Below, piece after piece: positions 47,995 through 62,841 of a DNA stretch of 64,000 nt. The notes under the pieces were generated by a model, which searched no databases, had not been told where the DNA came from, and saw only the letters and a list, made by a program, of their open reading frames with translations. The position numbers and the translations under genes were made by a program. Origin of the DNA: Paraspadella gotoi (Eukaryota > Animalia > Chaetognatha); assembly GCA_051294375.1 (NCBI GenBank), contig CM119264.1, positions 13,102,813-13,166,812 on the forward strand, given 5' to 3'. The stretch's first letter is position 1, and every line of letters starts with the position of its first letter.

Positions 47995-49599
47995 TCTCTC
48001 CTCTCTCTCTCTCTCCTTCCCTCCTAATCCCCTCGTTGTTTCCCTCACCTCTTCCTCTCCTTCTTCCCCTCCTCCCTCCACCCCCTCTTCCTCCCCTTTC
48101 GCATCGTCGAGTATCGAAAACAGACAAAACAGACAAAACGACTCTGTTTTGGTATTGAGGGGGGAGCAGTGGGGGGGGAGGGAACAGAAACTGGGTTGAA
48201 AGTGGGAACGCGGATCGGAGGGGCTAAACACTAAATGGGAATCTTTGTGGCCGGACTTTCTTTTGCCATCACGATTGTAGGTGAAGTGGTCAGAATCGCG
48301 GATGAGAGAAAGTTCCTGGCTTTTTTTGGTTCGGACGTTGACAGATATTCGGAAAAGAGAGGGAGGCAGAAAAGGGAGGAAAGAAAGAAAGGGCGAGAAT
48401 TCCCCTCCCAATGTTTACCTGAGCATCGACGAGAAATTCTCGCAGCATAAACACAAAAATATCGAGGAATTCCGAGGCGGAACAACGATAACGACGACGA
48501 CGGCGACGACGAAGACGATAGCGAAGAAGATGACAAAGACAGAGGATAAGACGACGTTGATGGTTAACAATGACAGAAAAAGACGACCACGAAGACTTGG
48601 ATGATAAGTACTTTCGGCGGAGATGACTGTCTATGAAAAAATATCGATACAATGTTGAAGAGAACCATGAGTTCGAAAATGACGAAGTCGCAAAGAATGA
48701 CAAAGAAAAAAAAACGTAACAATTGAGATAAAACGAAAGGACGACGATTTCATTAAAGATATAATCACTTCAAAATCCTTTTCAAAATTTTCACCTCGAC
48801 TATAATCACGGAAGTCATAACAAAACACAGAGAAGAAACAAGAAGACAATTATCTCCAAAGAAATTTTCATCTTCGCAAGAAAAGGAAAACCGAAAGGAT
48901 TTGAGAAAATTTTATGGACCAAAGCAAATTGGGGTACAAACTTTGTAGGCGACAATAAGGGTCGTATTCATGACATCATGGTCACCGTTGCAGGCCACAA
49001 ATCCGTCCCGACGGTCGCAAGGACGATATCGCTACATTGAGAACTGCAGACGACGACGCTAGCTCGGACGACGACGACGACGATAAGGACGAAGACGACG
49101 ACGACGACGAGTCGAAAATAGAAAAGAATAAATAAGAAACAATAAAAGAAAATAATCGCGAGACGTTTTGTTGTTGCGCAGTTTTTATCGCAGTCGTCGC
49201 ATCAGGATCTTCTCTCGTGTTTACAACCGTCGTCGCTATCTTCGTCGTCGCTATCGTCGTCGTCGTTGTCGTCGTCATTGTCACCGTCCCTCTTGTTGCC
49301 GTCGGTTTTATTGTTGTTGTTGTTCCGTGTTTGCGGTTTCCGTTCTTTGATGACGAGTCCCATAAAAATGGCGCTGAATCGAGTCATATTCTCTGCAAGA
49401 GGAGATGAGGAGGAGGAGGAGGTTGGTTGAGGAGAAAAGAGGATGAGGAGGAGGAGGAAGAGGAAACTCGGATCTGATTAAAACGTAACAAGGTTAATGT
49501 GAGTGGTGGTTATGGCCACGGAATACGGTTCACAGTCATCCGCTTAACGCGTGGCAATTTCATGAAGAGGGTACATTACTTTATTACAGAGCCTTATTC

Positions 49600-49683
<84 letters not shown>

Positions 49684-50965
49684 ACACACACTCTTTTCTA
49701 CTCTCTCTTTCACCTTCTCTCACTCTGTTTTCTTTTTCTTCTTTTCTTTCACACTCATATCTTTTTTAACAACTTGATAATCGGTTTTGCGTTCAAAAAA
49801 ATACATCTTTTCTTCTTCCTTTTCCTTTTTCTCCGTCTTTAGTTTTCGGTTAACCTCGATTGCCGCCGCCAGATGTCCGGCGGGAGCGATGGCGAGGTCG
49901 GCGACGGCGGAAGGCGACATCGGAATCCGATGTCGACGCCGCCCGTGACCTCGGAAGTCCTGGAGGAGGGAAGCAGACGCCGAGTTCGTCGTGACTCTGA
50001 CTCTTATTTCACTCAACCCTTACAGTTTTTTATTTCCTTTGTTTTCATCCTTTAATATTTCCAAGTCTGCGCTCTTCCTAAACCACACCAGCCCACACAC
50101 ACGACCAAAATTAGGTCGGTGACGATTCGGCAGGTGAATGGCGAAAATAGAGAATGACGATAACAAATCAAAATGAAAGGGAGTCGGACTCCTGCTTTCA
50201 GCTGGTCGTGTCTCTTTACACCTTTTTTTTCATTTCTTCCTTTTTAACTTTCCTATTCTGTTCTTTTCTTCCTTTTTAACTTTCCTATTCTGTTCTTTTC
50301 TTCTTTTTTATTTACTCCTGAGAGATTTCGTCATTCTCCCTGTTGACGACGTCTTCCTAGTCATCTTCTGTTTTGTCTACGTTAGACTCTCAACCTAATT
50401 TTATTCATTTTCTTCGTGGTTTCTTTACTTAATTTGTTTGTTTTTAACATACTGTACTGTCGTTCACGATGACTTAATATCGAGGTGTATTTATTCATAT
50501 CCGGTTAACGATACAGATGCATACAAATATAGACAATAACAATTATCGCAGTAACATTACAGGAGAAATAACTATAAGAGAAACGGTTAGGACTTGGGTT
50601 GTAGAAAAATTATGCACATGAGAACTTCATTATTTGTACGAACAAAATTTTCGTAAAAGTTTTATCTCGGCTATCAAAGTTCTACGAAATGCCAACAATT
50701 ACAATTTAGTATATGACTTATGTAGTACGAAAGGCTGAAGAAAGTACAACATTCTTCCACACCGCCCCCCCCTCACAATTCCTCTTTGTCTTTCCTCGAC
50801 GACTTTTTGTTGCAAGCGTAAGCAACAAAGCTTGCTGTTTTCGCTCACGTTTATCGCCAGTTTAAATTTTTTTTTTTCCGAAGCAAAAGTTTAGTTCGAT
50901 TTTTTTTTCTTTTTGAATCTCGCGCGTTCGTCTCGCGGGATTTCGCGCGGAGATGAAGGATTTAA

Positions 50966-51000
<35 letters not shown>

Positions 51001-53175
51001 AAACGACGTTGAGAATGACGATGACGAAAACGACGATGGTGATGTCGGCGACGACGATAAGAAATTAACTTTTGTACGCATAATTATGGATGTGTCCACG
51101 AACGATAATTTACAATGTTCTTAAGAGTGACGTAACTATTTTATTATATTTTTTTCCCTCTGAATTCGGTCGAGAGTCTTTAATAAACTATATATCTCTA
51201 GATACATATAAATATATACAGTAATTATATTTTTGAAGAAGTATATGAATAGACCTCCCAGTATCAAAAAATTGTCTCCCCAAGTTCTCACTCGGTTCGG
51301 TTTCCCGTTATTTAACAAATTAAATAAGTTTTAACTCAAATCTGAAAAAAAAGGTGACCGCGTATCACGCCAATGAAGCGTCAAAGTCAATTAGCGCATC
51401 CTCGTGTTGAAAATTTTTTGTTTCTTTCAAAAAAATCTAATGATTTTTCCTTATTGTTAATTTTTTATTAAATAATTTGCTACCAATGATTTAAAACTAA
51501 GTTAATTATTTAAAAAGTATATTTTTTAAAACAGGGCATCTGTATAAACCGGAAGTAAGGTAAAAATAACCGGAGGTAAAGGAAAAATAACCGGAAGTAG
51601 TATTAAAATAACCTTTCGTAGAAAAAGGTATAATTTTAGACCAAAGGCAAATAAAAGAACTAAAACTTAACATTTGAAAAGCTTATGGCCTACAATACAG
51701 AGAGTAGGGAGATACAGTACAGTATATAATATATACAATATATATAATACATATAATATAATATATAATATATATAATACATATAATATATATATAATAT
51801 ATATAATAGATATTAAGTGTAAGATATAACATAAGAATTATGTTAAGAGAAACAAGTTTTTATTGTTTACAAACAACAATTTCTTTGTTAAAAAACGGAC
51901 ATGGTTAAATTTTGATTTGTTACGAGATAGACTCTTGGTTGTTTATTTATTAAATTCGTATTTTGCCGCTTAGGAAGTATCTGATTAAGTATTTTAAATG
52001 TAGATCTAGGATTGGTCAGTCCTTTTTCACTGTTCTTCACCCAATAGTTAATAAAAGAGACGTACTTACCTAAGCTGTGAGGATAAATTAACCAATGATT
52101 CATGACAGTTAGTAAAAATTTAAAAATGTTATATTTGCAATTTTATGATTAAGTTTAAAGTTGACTTTTTTTTTAATAAGTTTTCTCTTTTTATGTTGAG
52201 AAATAGACTTGCTACATGATTTTCAACCTCACGCCCGTTTTATATCTACTACAATAAATATTACTAATTGATATTCTTCAAATTTCTATAAAGAATAGCA
52301 AAGCGAATACTACTCGTTCACGGTTATGGTAACATCCTCAATAACATGTTTCCTCTAACTCTGGTGGTTGCAAGAGAGAGAGAGAGAGAAAGAGAGATAA
52401 TGGTTGTCAACAAAGAGCTAAGAAATAAAGTAAAAGTTTTGAAAGCCAAAATGGTGAAAATGAAATTATCAAAATTGTGAATAGTTTGGTTGCCTCACTA
52501 TTCTGATTGATTTTTAATGGACGACAAAGGAGGATTTATAAAAAATGTTTATTACAGTTTAAAAATGACCAACAGGGAAGTAAAAGCATTTGATTTGTTT
52601 GTAAACAAGCGGAATAAAAACAAAATCTTGGGTTAAAAAATATGAACTGCCGGACAGTGATATCAAGTTTGATGCTGTTTGGATCAGGGATAAATCTTTT
52701 GGGGAGCAATGCTTAATACTATCTGCAAATGTCCATGAGCCCGTGCACCTGTCAAGACCTGACGTAAGGTGAGCATCTCCGTTATTGGCTTCTTTTGCAA
52801 CAGGAGTGACGGACTCCCTTCCTTCTATCCAAAGTATTCTTTTTGAGGGATGCCCGGATCGTGGAGAGACGAACCTAAGTTGCTTCAGTAGGGTTGACCT
52901 TTATTTTGGCTTCCTTAACTCTGTCTCTTCTCTACTTATCCCATCGCACGGTTTCTCCATTCTCTGTTTTTGTTAAACAAACCTCTTATCTCTCTCTAGC
53001 TCTACTCCTAATAAGACAGCTTTCTCAGTGATTGTCAATTTAAACTTAATCCTCATTTATTTTTAATTATTATTTCCATTGTGTATAAACTATCAATTTC
53101 GTTGCGTTTTGAAGTTTAGGAGAAAAAAACTATTAAGTTTGTTATTTTTATTTCTCTATAACTGTTATACATTAC

Positions 53176-53722
53176 AACAAGTTTTGAGCAAACAATGTCG
53201 GATCTGCCCTACGATAATTAATTAATTAATTGATTAATTAATTAATTATATAATTAATTAATTAATAGATTAATTAATTAATTAATTAATAGATTAATTA
53301 TAAATTTTATATTCAGCTTGTCATCATCGATGTCCATTAAAATTGGAGTCAGGACAGTTATTAAATGTTTTGTTTAACTTTTATCAAAACAAACAAATAT
53401 CCTCTATTATCGAGCCAGGCGGGCAATAGCCCGTCCTGTCTAGATTTTTTTTCGGTTTAGCTTTCGGGTCTCGCTTTTTTGCAATCATGGCTTCCTGAAA
53501 GTGTGGATATCATAGGGAGTTGAAATTTTCATGATATGGCTTCTAATCATCCAAGATCTTTAAAATCTCATGTTTCATATCAATATTGGTATTTGTTTAT
53601 GTTTTATTTACAAAACAAGAAAACGTTTTAATTATATGTCGCTCTCTCATCTCTCTCTCTTCTTTTTCTCCGTCACTGCTTTCTTCTAAAAACGAGTTCC
53701 GGCTCTGCAGCGTCTGTCAGCT

Positions 53723-53767
<45 letters not shown>

Positions 53768-56010
53768 TTTTTACAAAAAATTTTTTTAGAATATAATGTG
53801 GGGTTCACTAATGTAAAAAACGATGCCCGAACAGGCGCGGACCCGGGTCTTTGGGTAGAGAAAGCTACGCTACATGCGTGCGGCCATTAAGTACTGCTGA
53901 TTCTTTAAACGAGTAAGGGGCTGATAAGAGCTTCTCTCTCTCTCTCTCTTTAATTATTATATATGCTCTTTCTCTTTTTCTCTGCAGCGGCTGTCTCTCT
54001 CTCTTTTTCTCTCTCTGTCTCTCTGTCTTCTGTCTCTCTGTGTGTGTCTGTCACTATCTGTCCGATCTTTTGCGTGATCGTTTGTTTTTTGAAAAATTCT
54101 GATTTTTTTTTTCCTTCTAAAAAACTTTTTATTATCTGCCATTTATTCCGCGCTTTTTTCAATACAAAATCCATTTTTCATCCGAAATTTTCGTGATTTC
54201 ATTCTCTTTTCTTTCTTTCTCTCTCTCTCTCTCTCTCTTTCTTCTTTCTCTCTCTCTCTTTCTCTCTCCTCTCTCTCTTTCACTCATACACGCATTTGTT
54301 TGTTTTTATTGACTATCATCGCATCACAGAATGACAATCATCGCATCATGAATGACAATCATCGCATCTACTGAATGACTATCGATACACAGCAGTGAAT
54401 GACTATCATCGCATCATAATTGATTATCATCGAATCAAGTAATCAATTCCTATTACATCAATATTACTATTACATCAATCAATCTTAGTATTACCTCAAT
54501 CAATTACTAGTACATCAACAATGTCGTTATCGCATGATTCATTCGTTTTTTCCCGGTTTTTTTCATTAATTTTCTATGATAGTGGGCTTCGTGGCTCGAT
54601 CTTGAGTTCTTTTAAGATTTTTTATTTTATGTCTCGTCTCTCTCTCTCTCTTTCACTCTCTCACTCTTTCTCTCTCAATTCTCTCTCTCTTCTCTCTCCT
54701 CACTCTCTATCTTTCTCTCTCTCTCTCTCTCTCTTTTTATGCAATAGCGACGATCCTTATGCTTTTAAGATTTTTTTAACTTTGCAGTCATTTTTTCAAC
54801 TTGTCATAATTAATTTTTCAACTTTTGCATTCCGTCAAAACTTTTTATATCTTAGCTTGTTCACTCACTTTCCTACCGGCTACAAAATTTCTCTCAATCT
54901 ATCTAAATGGGTTATAAAATAAATAAAAAAGATTCAAGTAAATGTGACTCATATTTTTTTCATTAAACTCATTTCCACTGGTACGTTTCCACTGTAATTT
55001 ATATCAAGCTTCGTCATACGTTTTCCTACCCACACACCAAAATTTAACTCAATTATCCATACCAATTTGATTAATTGAGGTATTTATTGGTTAAAATAAG
55101 TAAAAAGACTATTAGGTAATTCGACTTATGTTTTTTTCTCATTTAAACTAATTTCCACTCACACGATTTCCATCGAATTTTATATCCAGCTTTATCACAC
55201 ACTTTCCTACCCACACAAAATTTAAATTCCAAATCCAACTCAGCCAATCTTTAGCGAGTTATTTGGAGGCTTTTTGCTAAGATGGGAACGGATGGAAGGA
55301 TTGATTGACTAATTAATTAATTATTGATTAATTTATTTACTATATTGAATTAATTAACATGAATTAATTAGGTTTGCATTTATTAATACATTGGAATCCT
55401 GCAAGATACATTTAATATAAAAGGAAAAAAAAGCATATCAATTAGTAAAACAGAGTTTTTTGTTTTTTTTTTCCATTTAAACGCTCATTTCCAACTCAAA
55501 CTATTCCACATCGAAACTTGATTTCCTGTTCAATCACACACTTTCCTACCCACATACAAAATTCCAATGGTCAATCAGCCCATCCATCAATGAGCAATTG
55601 GTGTTCAAATAGTGAATATAATTTTTTGTGTTTTTTTCCCATTTAAACTCATTTCCACTCGGACGATTTCCATCGAAACTTTAATATCCAGCTCAATCAC
55701 AACACTTACCTATCCCAGTCGTACAGTTTCAGAGTACAAAATTTCATTTAAATCCATCCCATGCAATCACGAGTAATTGGTGTTTTTTGCTAAGGTGCGG
55801 ACGGACGGGACGGACGGACGGACGGACGTGACAGACAGACGGCACGGACGGACAATCATTTTTTTTGCAATAAATTTATCATAATTCGATGTTCTGAATG
55901 ATATAAGTGTGTGCCCGACAATATTGAGGGGGCCGGACCGACGGACGAAAAAGTGAGTTATAAAAAGTGAGTTATAGAGTCGGGATCTGCTGATAAAGCA
56001 GATCCGACTA
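53176..56010 (-). mobile_element. Non-autonomous Helentron-like element (HINE/DINE-1-like), copy 2
   Basis: Collinear with 42825-45722 from AACAAG...GTCGGATCTGC to GCAGATCCGACTAAAAA, but with unrelated flanks, so it is a dispersed insertion. Confidence 0.85.
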
Positions 56011-56046
56011 AAAAATGTAAAGATTTTCTCTTACCCTGTCTCTCTC

Positions 56047-56077
<31 letters not shown>

Positions 56078-57219
56078 TATTTCAAATTTCACCCAACTTC
56101 TTCCCCTGATCTTACCTTCACCTGTCCTCATATCTGACCACTGTCCTTTGCTCAATTCTTTGTTGGAAACTCCCTCTTTTTCTGTCTCTCTCTCTCTCTC
56201 ATCTCTCTCTCTCTTCTCTCTCTCTCTAACCTAATGTTAAAGAGTAAAAATATTGATTGTCATAACTGATGAAGACTCTAAAACTCAAGAGTCGAAACAT
56301 GTCTTACCAATAATACAATCGTTGATAAAAACAAATAAATTGTTTTTTCTCCTAAATTATTATTTCCAATTTTTTTAATTATTATTATTACCATTAGTAG
56401 AATTAATATTATTATTATTATTTTCAATTCTTTTATTTTTTTATTTTTTAAAGAACAAAAATTAGAATGATGGAGATTTAAGTTCGTCTTTTGATCAAGG
56501 AAAAAACTAAATTTTATAAAAATCATTGAGAATATATATTGTATTTCAGTTCAATTTGCTCTTTATCTAGCAAAAAAGGTTAGGAAAAAAAAATTTTGTG
56601 GCATTTCCATAAATTGCCTATATAAGTAATTTTTTTTACCTGAGGTAAAAAATATTACCTTTAATTTTGAATTGATTGAGATATGACTAAGCTTGCCCAA
56701 AAACTCATTGCCCATTGCTTGAAAAACAAAGATAAAAAATAATTTGTTAGATTATCAGAATAATAAAATATAATAAAAATCTAACTTTTTGTTACATTTA
56801 AAATTAATTCATTAAAATTGGAACAATAAAAACACTTATAGGCTGAAAAACTTACTTCCGTTAAGGCCACGCCCCATAATAACAAGATATTTTTTAAATT
56901 TTTATAAAACAAAAAATAGGAGAAGAAGCTTCTAGTATTTTTTAAACTAATATTGGTAAAAATCATTATGTTATAAGCATATTAAACCTCTTTCTTTAAA
57001 AATTATTATCATTTTGCGCTATATTTTTTTGCATCAATACTGTTTACTTTGACGCTCGATTGGGTTATTAGCAACAACATTTTTTGCTTTAAACAGGCTT
57101 TTTAAAATGAAATTTAAGATAAGAAATCATGGGAAACCGGACGAGTGAGACCTTAGTTATGGGGTTTTTTGGAGGCTGGGGGAACTCTAATAATGAAAGT
57201 AAATTGAAGTTAAGTAAAG

Positions 57220-57772
57220 TAAAGTATCTAATCTGATACGAAGACAAATATAAAACAGACGTTAAACTTAAATTTTTTAATCGAAAGATTTTCTGGGCGT
57301 AATATGCGATTATTAGTCACATATCCCGATCCAGCCAAATGGCTAATAAATTTAAAGAATCTGACGACCGTCATTGGCGACAACAACAACAACAACAACG
57401 ACTACGACTAAAAAATAAAAGGAAATCCTTTTTCGCGGTGACCGAGATTCCCTCGAGATTTGATCGCGTCGAGCTCCTCATATTTTCCTCTTAACCTTTC
57501 CTCTTTCTTTTTTTTCTCATTCTTCTTCTTTTCTTTTTCTCTTCTCATGTACTCGTCCCTTTCTTCTCCTCCGAGTTTCTCCCAACTCCCCTTAGCAAAC
57601 CTCATCTTCTCTCTTCAGTCTTTTTTTTTCCTTTCCTTTTTTACTTTATAACTTTTATTTCCTTTCCTTCCCTTTTTTTTTTTCCTTTCCTTTCCTTTCC
57701 TTTTCCTTTTTTTTCTTTCCTTTCCTTTCCGTTCCTTTTTTCCCTTTATTTCTTTTCTTTTCTTTCCCCTCT

Positions 57773-57828
<56 letters not shown>

Positions 57829-58326
57829 TCTCTCTCTCTTCTCTCCTCTCTCTCTCTCACTTTCTCTCTAATTATCCGAACTTCTCAAAGTCAGGTTAAA
57901 TAAGGTTTCTGTGGGATTTTGTCTGGTTTTGATCAAACGGAAGATCGGATGCTCCGACCATTCTGAATTTTTTTTCTTCTCAATCTTCACTAATTTTTTT
58001 TAAATGTTATAATTTCTTGTTCCTCTTATCTTTTCCTTCTTATTCTTTCTTTCTGTTCATCTTTTCTTTTTTCTCTTCAATCTTCGCATCAACTCCCTCC
58101 GTCAACTTTCTATCAACTTTCTCCTCTTTCTCTCCAACTTCTATCTCTTACTGTCTCCGTCTCTCTCTTTTCTTTTCTCTCACGATTCACTCTGCCCTTT
58201 CTATATAAGCTCGGCCTCAGACCGTAGATCTCCTCTGCCCTTCTCGTTAAGCTCTTTCTCTCTGCCCTTTTTTTTTCTCTCTTTTATTATCAGTCACCTC
58301 ACCGGTTTTTTTTTCTTTCCACTTCA

Positions 58327-58363
<37 letters not shown>

Positions 58364-60960
58364 CTCTCTCTCTCTCTCTTTCTCTCTCTCTCTTCTCTCT
58401 CTCTCTCTCTCTCTTTCCCCTCCCTTCTGCGTCTATGGGAAATAGAAAGGAAAGGTTGCCGTAAATTAACTCGCGTNNNNNNNNNNNNNNNNNNNNNNNN
58501 NAAAGTAAAGTAATCTAATCTTGATACGACGACAAATATAAAACAGACGTTTAAACTTAAATTTTTTAATCGAAAGATTTTCTAGGGCGTAATATGCCGA
58601 TTATTAGTCACATATCCGGTCCAGCCAAATGGCTAATGATTTAAAGAATCTGACGACTTCATTGGCGAACAACAACAACAACAACAACGACTACTGACTA
58701 AAAAATAAAAGGAAATCCTTTTTCGCGGTGACCGAGATTCCCTCGAGATTTGATCGCGTCGAGCTCCTCATATTTCTCTTAACCTTTCCTCTTTTCTTTT
58801 TCTCATTCTTCTTCTTTTCTTTTCTCTTCTCATGTACTCGTCCCTTTCTTCTCCTCGAGTTCTNNNNNNNNNNNNNNNNNNNNNNNNNNNNNNNNNNNNN
58901 NNNNNNNNNNNNNNNNNNNNNNNNNNNNNNNNNNNNNNNNNNNNNNNNNNNNNNNNNNNNNNNNNNNNNNNNNNNNNNNNNNNNNNNNNNNNNNNNNNNN
59001 NNNNNNNNNNNNNNNNNNNNNNNNNNNNNNNNNNNNNNNNNNNNNNNNNNNNNNNNNNNNNNNNNNNNNNNNNNNNNNNNNNNNNNNNNNNNNNNNNNNN
59101 NNNNNNNNNNNNNNNNNNNNNNNNNNNNNNNNNNNNNNNNNNNNNNNNNNNNNNNNNNNNNNNNNNNNNNNNNNNNNNNNNCTCTCTCTCTCTCTCTCTC
59201 TCTCTCTCACTTTCTCTCTAATTATCCGAACTTCTCAAAGTCAGGGTTAAATAAGGTTTCTGTGGGATTTTGTCTGGTTTTGATCAAACGGAAGATCGGA
59301 TGCTCCGACCCATTCTGATTTTTTTTCTTTCTCCAATCTTCACTAATTTTTTTAATGTTATAATTCTTGTTCTCTTATCTTTTTCCTTCTTATTCTTTCC
59401 TTTCTTGTTCTCTTTTCTTTTTTCTCTTCAATCTTCGCATCAACTCCCTCCGTCAACTTTCTATCAACTTTCTCCTCTTTCTCTCCCATGCAATTTTGGA
59501 TTCGATCCATATTTAAAATTAAGTTCGCCATTTATAATTATTTTTTTTTCCTTTCCATATTATGCCTATAATGAATTACTCCTTTTTTGATATTCAAACT
59601 TTCCATTATCTTGTGTGGGTCACACGCCACTTAAATTGAAAAATACTTATGCCTCTCTTCGCTTTTACTCTTTACCTTATCCTTTCCATGTCCTTTCCTC
59701 TTCCGTATACACTTACACCTTTTCCTTTCTTTTATACTCTTTATCCTTTCCTACTCTCTCTACTCTTAATACTCTCCTCTCTTTCCTCTCGTCTCTCATA
59801 TCTCATCTCTTCAAATCATCTCTCTCTCTCTCATCTAATCCATCTCGTTATTCATCTCTCTTCCACTTTTCATCTCTTCTTTCAAGCCGTCACGTTCTTA
59901 CATCTCACTTTCTCTGAACTAATATTAAATTCTTCTGTAAAACAAATCACAAAGGATTCAGTCGTGAGTAAATATGGTTTCTGAGCTAATGCGGAGGATT
60001 TTGTCTGGTTTCTGAGATCAAACGGAAGACTCGGATTGCGTACCGACCCATTCGTGAATATTTTGTTTCAAATGGTTCTAATCCAATCTTCACTAATATC
60101 TGCTATTTTTTTATATATGCTCTATAAAATTAAAAAAAGAAATAATTTTTTTTTGGAAATATTTTTTTATTGATTTTCCATACTTGTTCTACATTATCTT
60201 TTATTACCTTCTTTATATAGTCTGATTATTCCCGTTTATCTACTGTTTAACTATTTTAACTAATTTTATTCTCATCATCATATTCAATATCTTTCAGGCT
60301 GACGCCTGCGAATCATAAAACACAACTACAACCAATTCCAAGTTCTACTTTTTTTTACAATCTATCCATTAATATATCAGATAATTCTCTCCCGGTCTAC
60401 CGTTTCTACCTCTTTCCACATCCACTTCTATCTCTCTACCGTCTCTCGTCTCTCTCTTTTCCTTTTATTCCTCCACACGATTCCACTTCCGCCCCACCCC
60501 ATTTTCTTGAATATAAGACTCGGCCTCTGCAGATGAACAACTCCGACCGAAGAGCCAATATATCTTTCTCACCTCTGAGCCTTCTTACTCGATTTCAAAG
60601 CTCTTTCTCCTCTGCCGCCTTATTTTTTTTTCCTATCCTTTTCTCGTCTTTTATTATCAGTTCCCTCACACGTTTTTTTTTCTTGAGCAGACTGGACTTC
60701 ATGCTCTCTCAAATCTTTACCACTCATCTCTCTCCCTCGTCTCTCCGTCACTCTCATCACATGGTCTCCTCTCCTCATCCTCCATTTCGCTCTCTATCGT
60801 CTCCTCGTCATCTAGTTCCACTCTCATCTCATGTCAATCTCATTCCCTACTCCCGTCTCTCCTCTATCGCTCCTTCTGCGTCTATGGGAAAACGGCAGGA
60901 AAGGAAAGGTTTGCCCGCGTAAAGTTTAACTCGCGTCTCTCCTTGCCCTTTTTTTTTTTT
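57220..60960. other. Redundant or tandemly repeated segment around gaps (probable assembly redundancy)
   Basis: 57220-58476 recurs at 58502-59487, interrupted by a gap. Its 3' part recurs again at ~59900-60940 with many extra inserted bases. Confidence 0.75.
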
Positions 60961-62382
60961 TTTTTTTCTTCTTGTTTCAGNNNNNNNNNNNNNNNNNNNN
61001 NNNNNTTTTTTTTCTTCTTTGGTTCAACCTCACTGACGTGACGAGGAAATGCAACTTGTTGAAAAATTGGAGAAAAAAAAAACAGAAACCAGAACATGTC
61101 CTCAATTATCAACAACTTTTATATACATATACAAGTAAAAAGTTTCTGTTACATCTTGTTCGAACCCGGATGTCGTATAAAATGGATCAACGAAGAAACA
61201 CCTCTGCATCATATTACGCCCCTTCCTTCCGTTAACCCGCATCGCAAAATGGGAAACTCACAACAACAACAAAAATAAAAGAACGACAGCAGCCGCAGCA
61301 GCGAAAACAGGACCCAGAGCGGCGGCAACAGCAGCCCTGCCCTTCCGCGTCAGCCCGGCCCGTCCTCACGTTCCGCAATATCATCGAACATCATTCATCT
61401 CTGCGCGAAGATCGTCAACGTCATTTACGGCGGCGCGTGCGTCACTTCCGGTTGAAATCTCTGTCGCTGACCTGAGGAGAGAAATGGACGTTCAGCCAGT
61501 CCTCGTTACACACTCGCTTCCGCTCTTCTCTTTGTGACTTACCCTCCGGTTACAAGCTTCACTTACCTTTCGTCGAACGTCCATCGCTTTCTCTTCCTTA
61601 ACCCCTCCTCCGAGAAAAACTGGGTTCCTTGACCTCCTCTTTTCTCACAACCGATCTCTCCCCTTTCTCCATCCAACAATCAATCCACTCTCACTCCATT
61701 ATTTACTTTCAATTCTATATCAGTCTATGCTTCTTAAATTTGTAAACATCGAAAATTTAAGTTCGTCCACTTATCACTTATGTCGTCTTTTTCTCGAAGT
61801 CGGAAGCGACAACAGTGCTATCATCATTCACTGCACTCAATTCGACAAAACAAATTCTAAAACTCCATATAGTTTTTCAATCAATTCTTAGAGCAAAATT
61901 TAAAAAAATTTACATCTTTTTAAAAAAATTATAATAAAGCCATTGGTAGAACTAAGCGTTGCATAATTGGAAAGGCGCCCAGTATAAACGAGGCAAAAAG
62001 TTGGAGCGAAATGTTTACTGTTTATTGTTTACTGTTTATTGTTTACTGTTTATTGTTGAGTCAAAGGATCCTCGTCCTGTGATTCAACCTTCATCTCCAG
62101 AGGAATCGATTCATCGAGGGAGCAAAAGGGGGAAAAAAAGGGAATAGCGTGAAGAGCGAAGAGTGTGAGAGCAGACAGTCCGCGATAAATGAAAATAAAA
62201 CCACTTCGCTTTCGCCTTGATTTAATTCCTTTTTTGGTTTTAATTTCCACTACAAAATAATGTTTGATGCGAGCAGCCAGTCGAAACTGGCCGATAAAAA
62301 ATAAATAATTCCTAGTTTTTTTCTATAAAAAAAAAACCTGTGTTCTCATATTTTGTCATAAAACTCGAACCATCACGACGAC

Positions 62383-62414
<32 letters not shown>

Positions 62415-62778
62415 CGCGGGCGAGCTCTTCTCCTCCGCCGCCGCCTTCAGCGTCATCTTTCCACGCCCGAAAGAAACGAGCGCCTCGCCATTTGCGCTTC
62501 TTGCCACCGGAAGTCGTTAAACATCGTTTCCCTTTTTTTTGGCGGGAAAGTTGCGACCTCCGACGCGAGGAAGAAAGAGGAGGACCGAGAAGAGGGAGAG
62601 GCGGAGGAAGAGATAAGAGGAGAAGGGCGAACGAGGACGGCGACGAAAACCGCCCTAGCTTGATGAGGACGGATGGACGGACGGACGGACGAAGGCTGAG
62701 GGAAAAAAATGGGAAGAAGCTCAATTTCTTCGGAAGGAAACTTTTCGAGTACTAAAATGGAGGACAAGGCAGTTAGGG

Positions 62779-62841
<63 letters not shown>

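Noticed and set aside
52620-53030. Complex sequence with faint Tc1 transposase-like words on the - strand
   Set aside because: Multiple stops and no DDE motif or TIRs that I could confirm.
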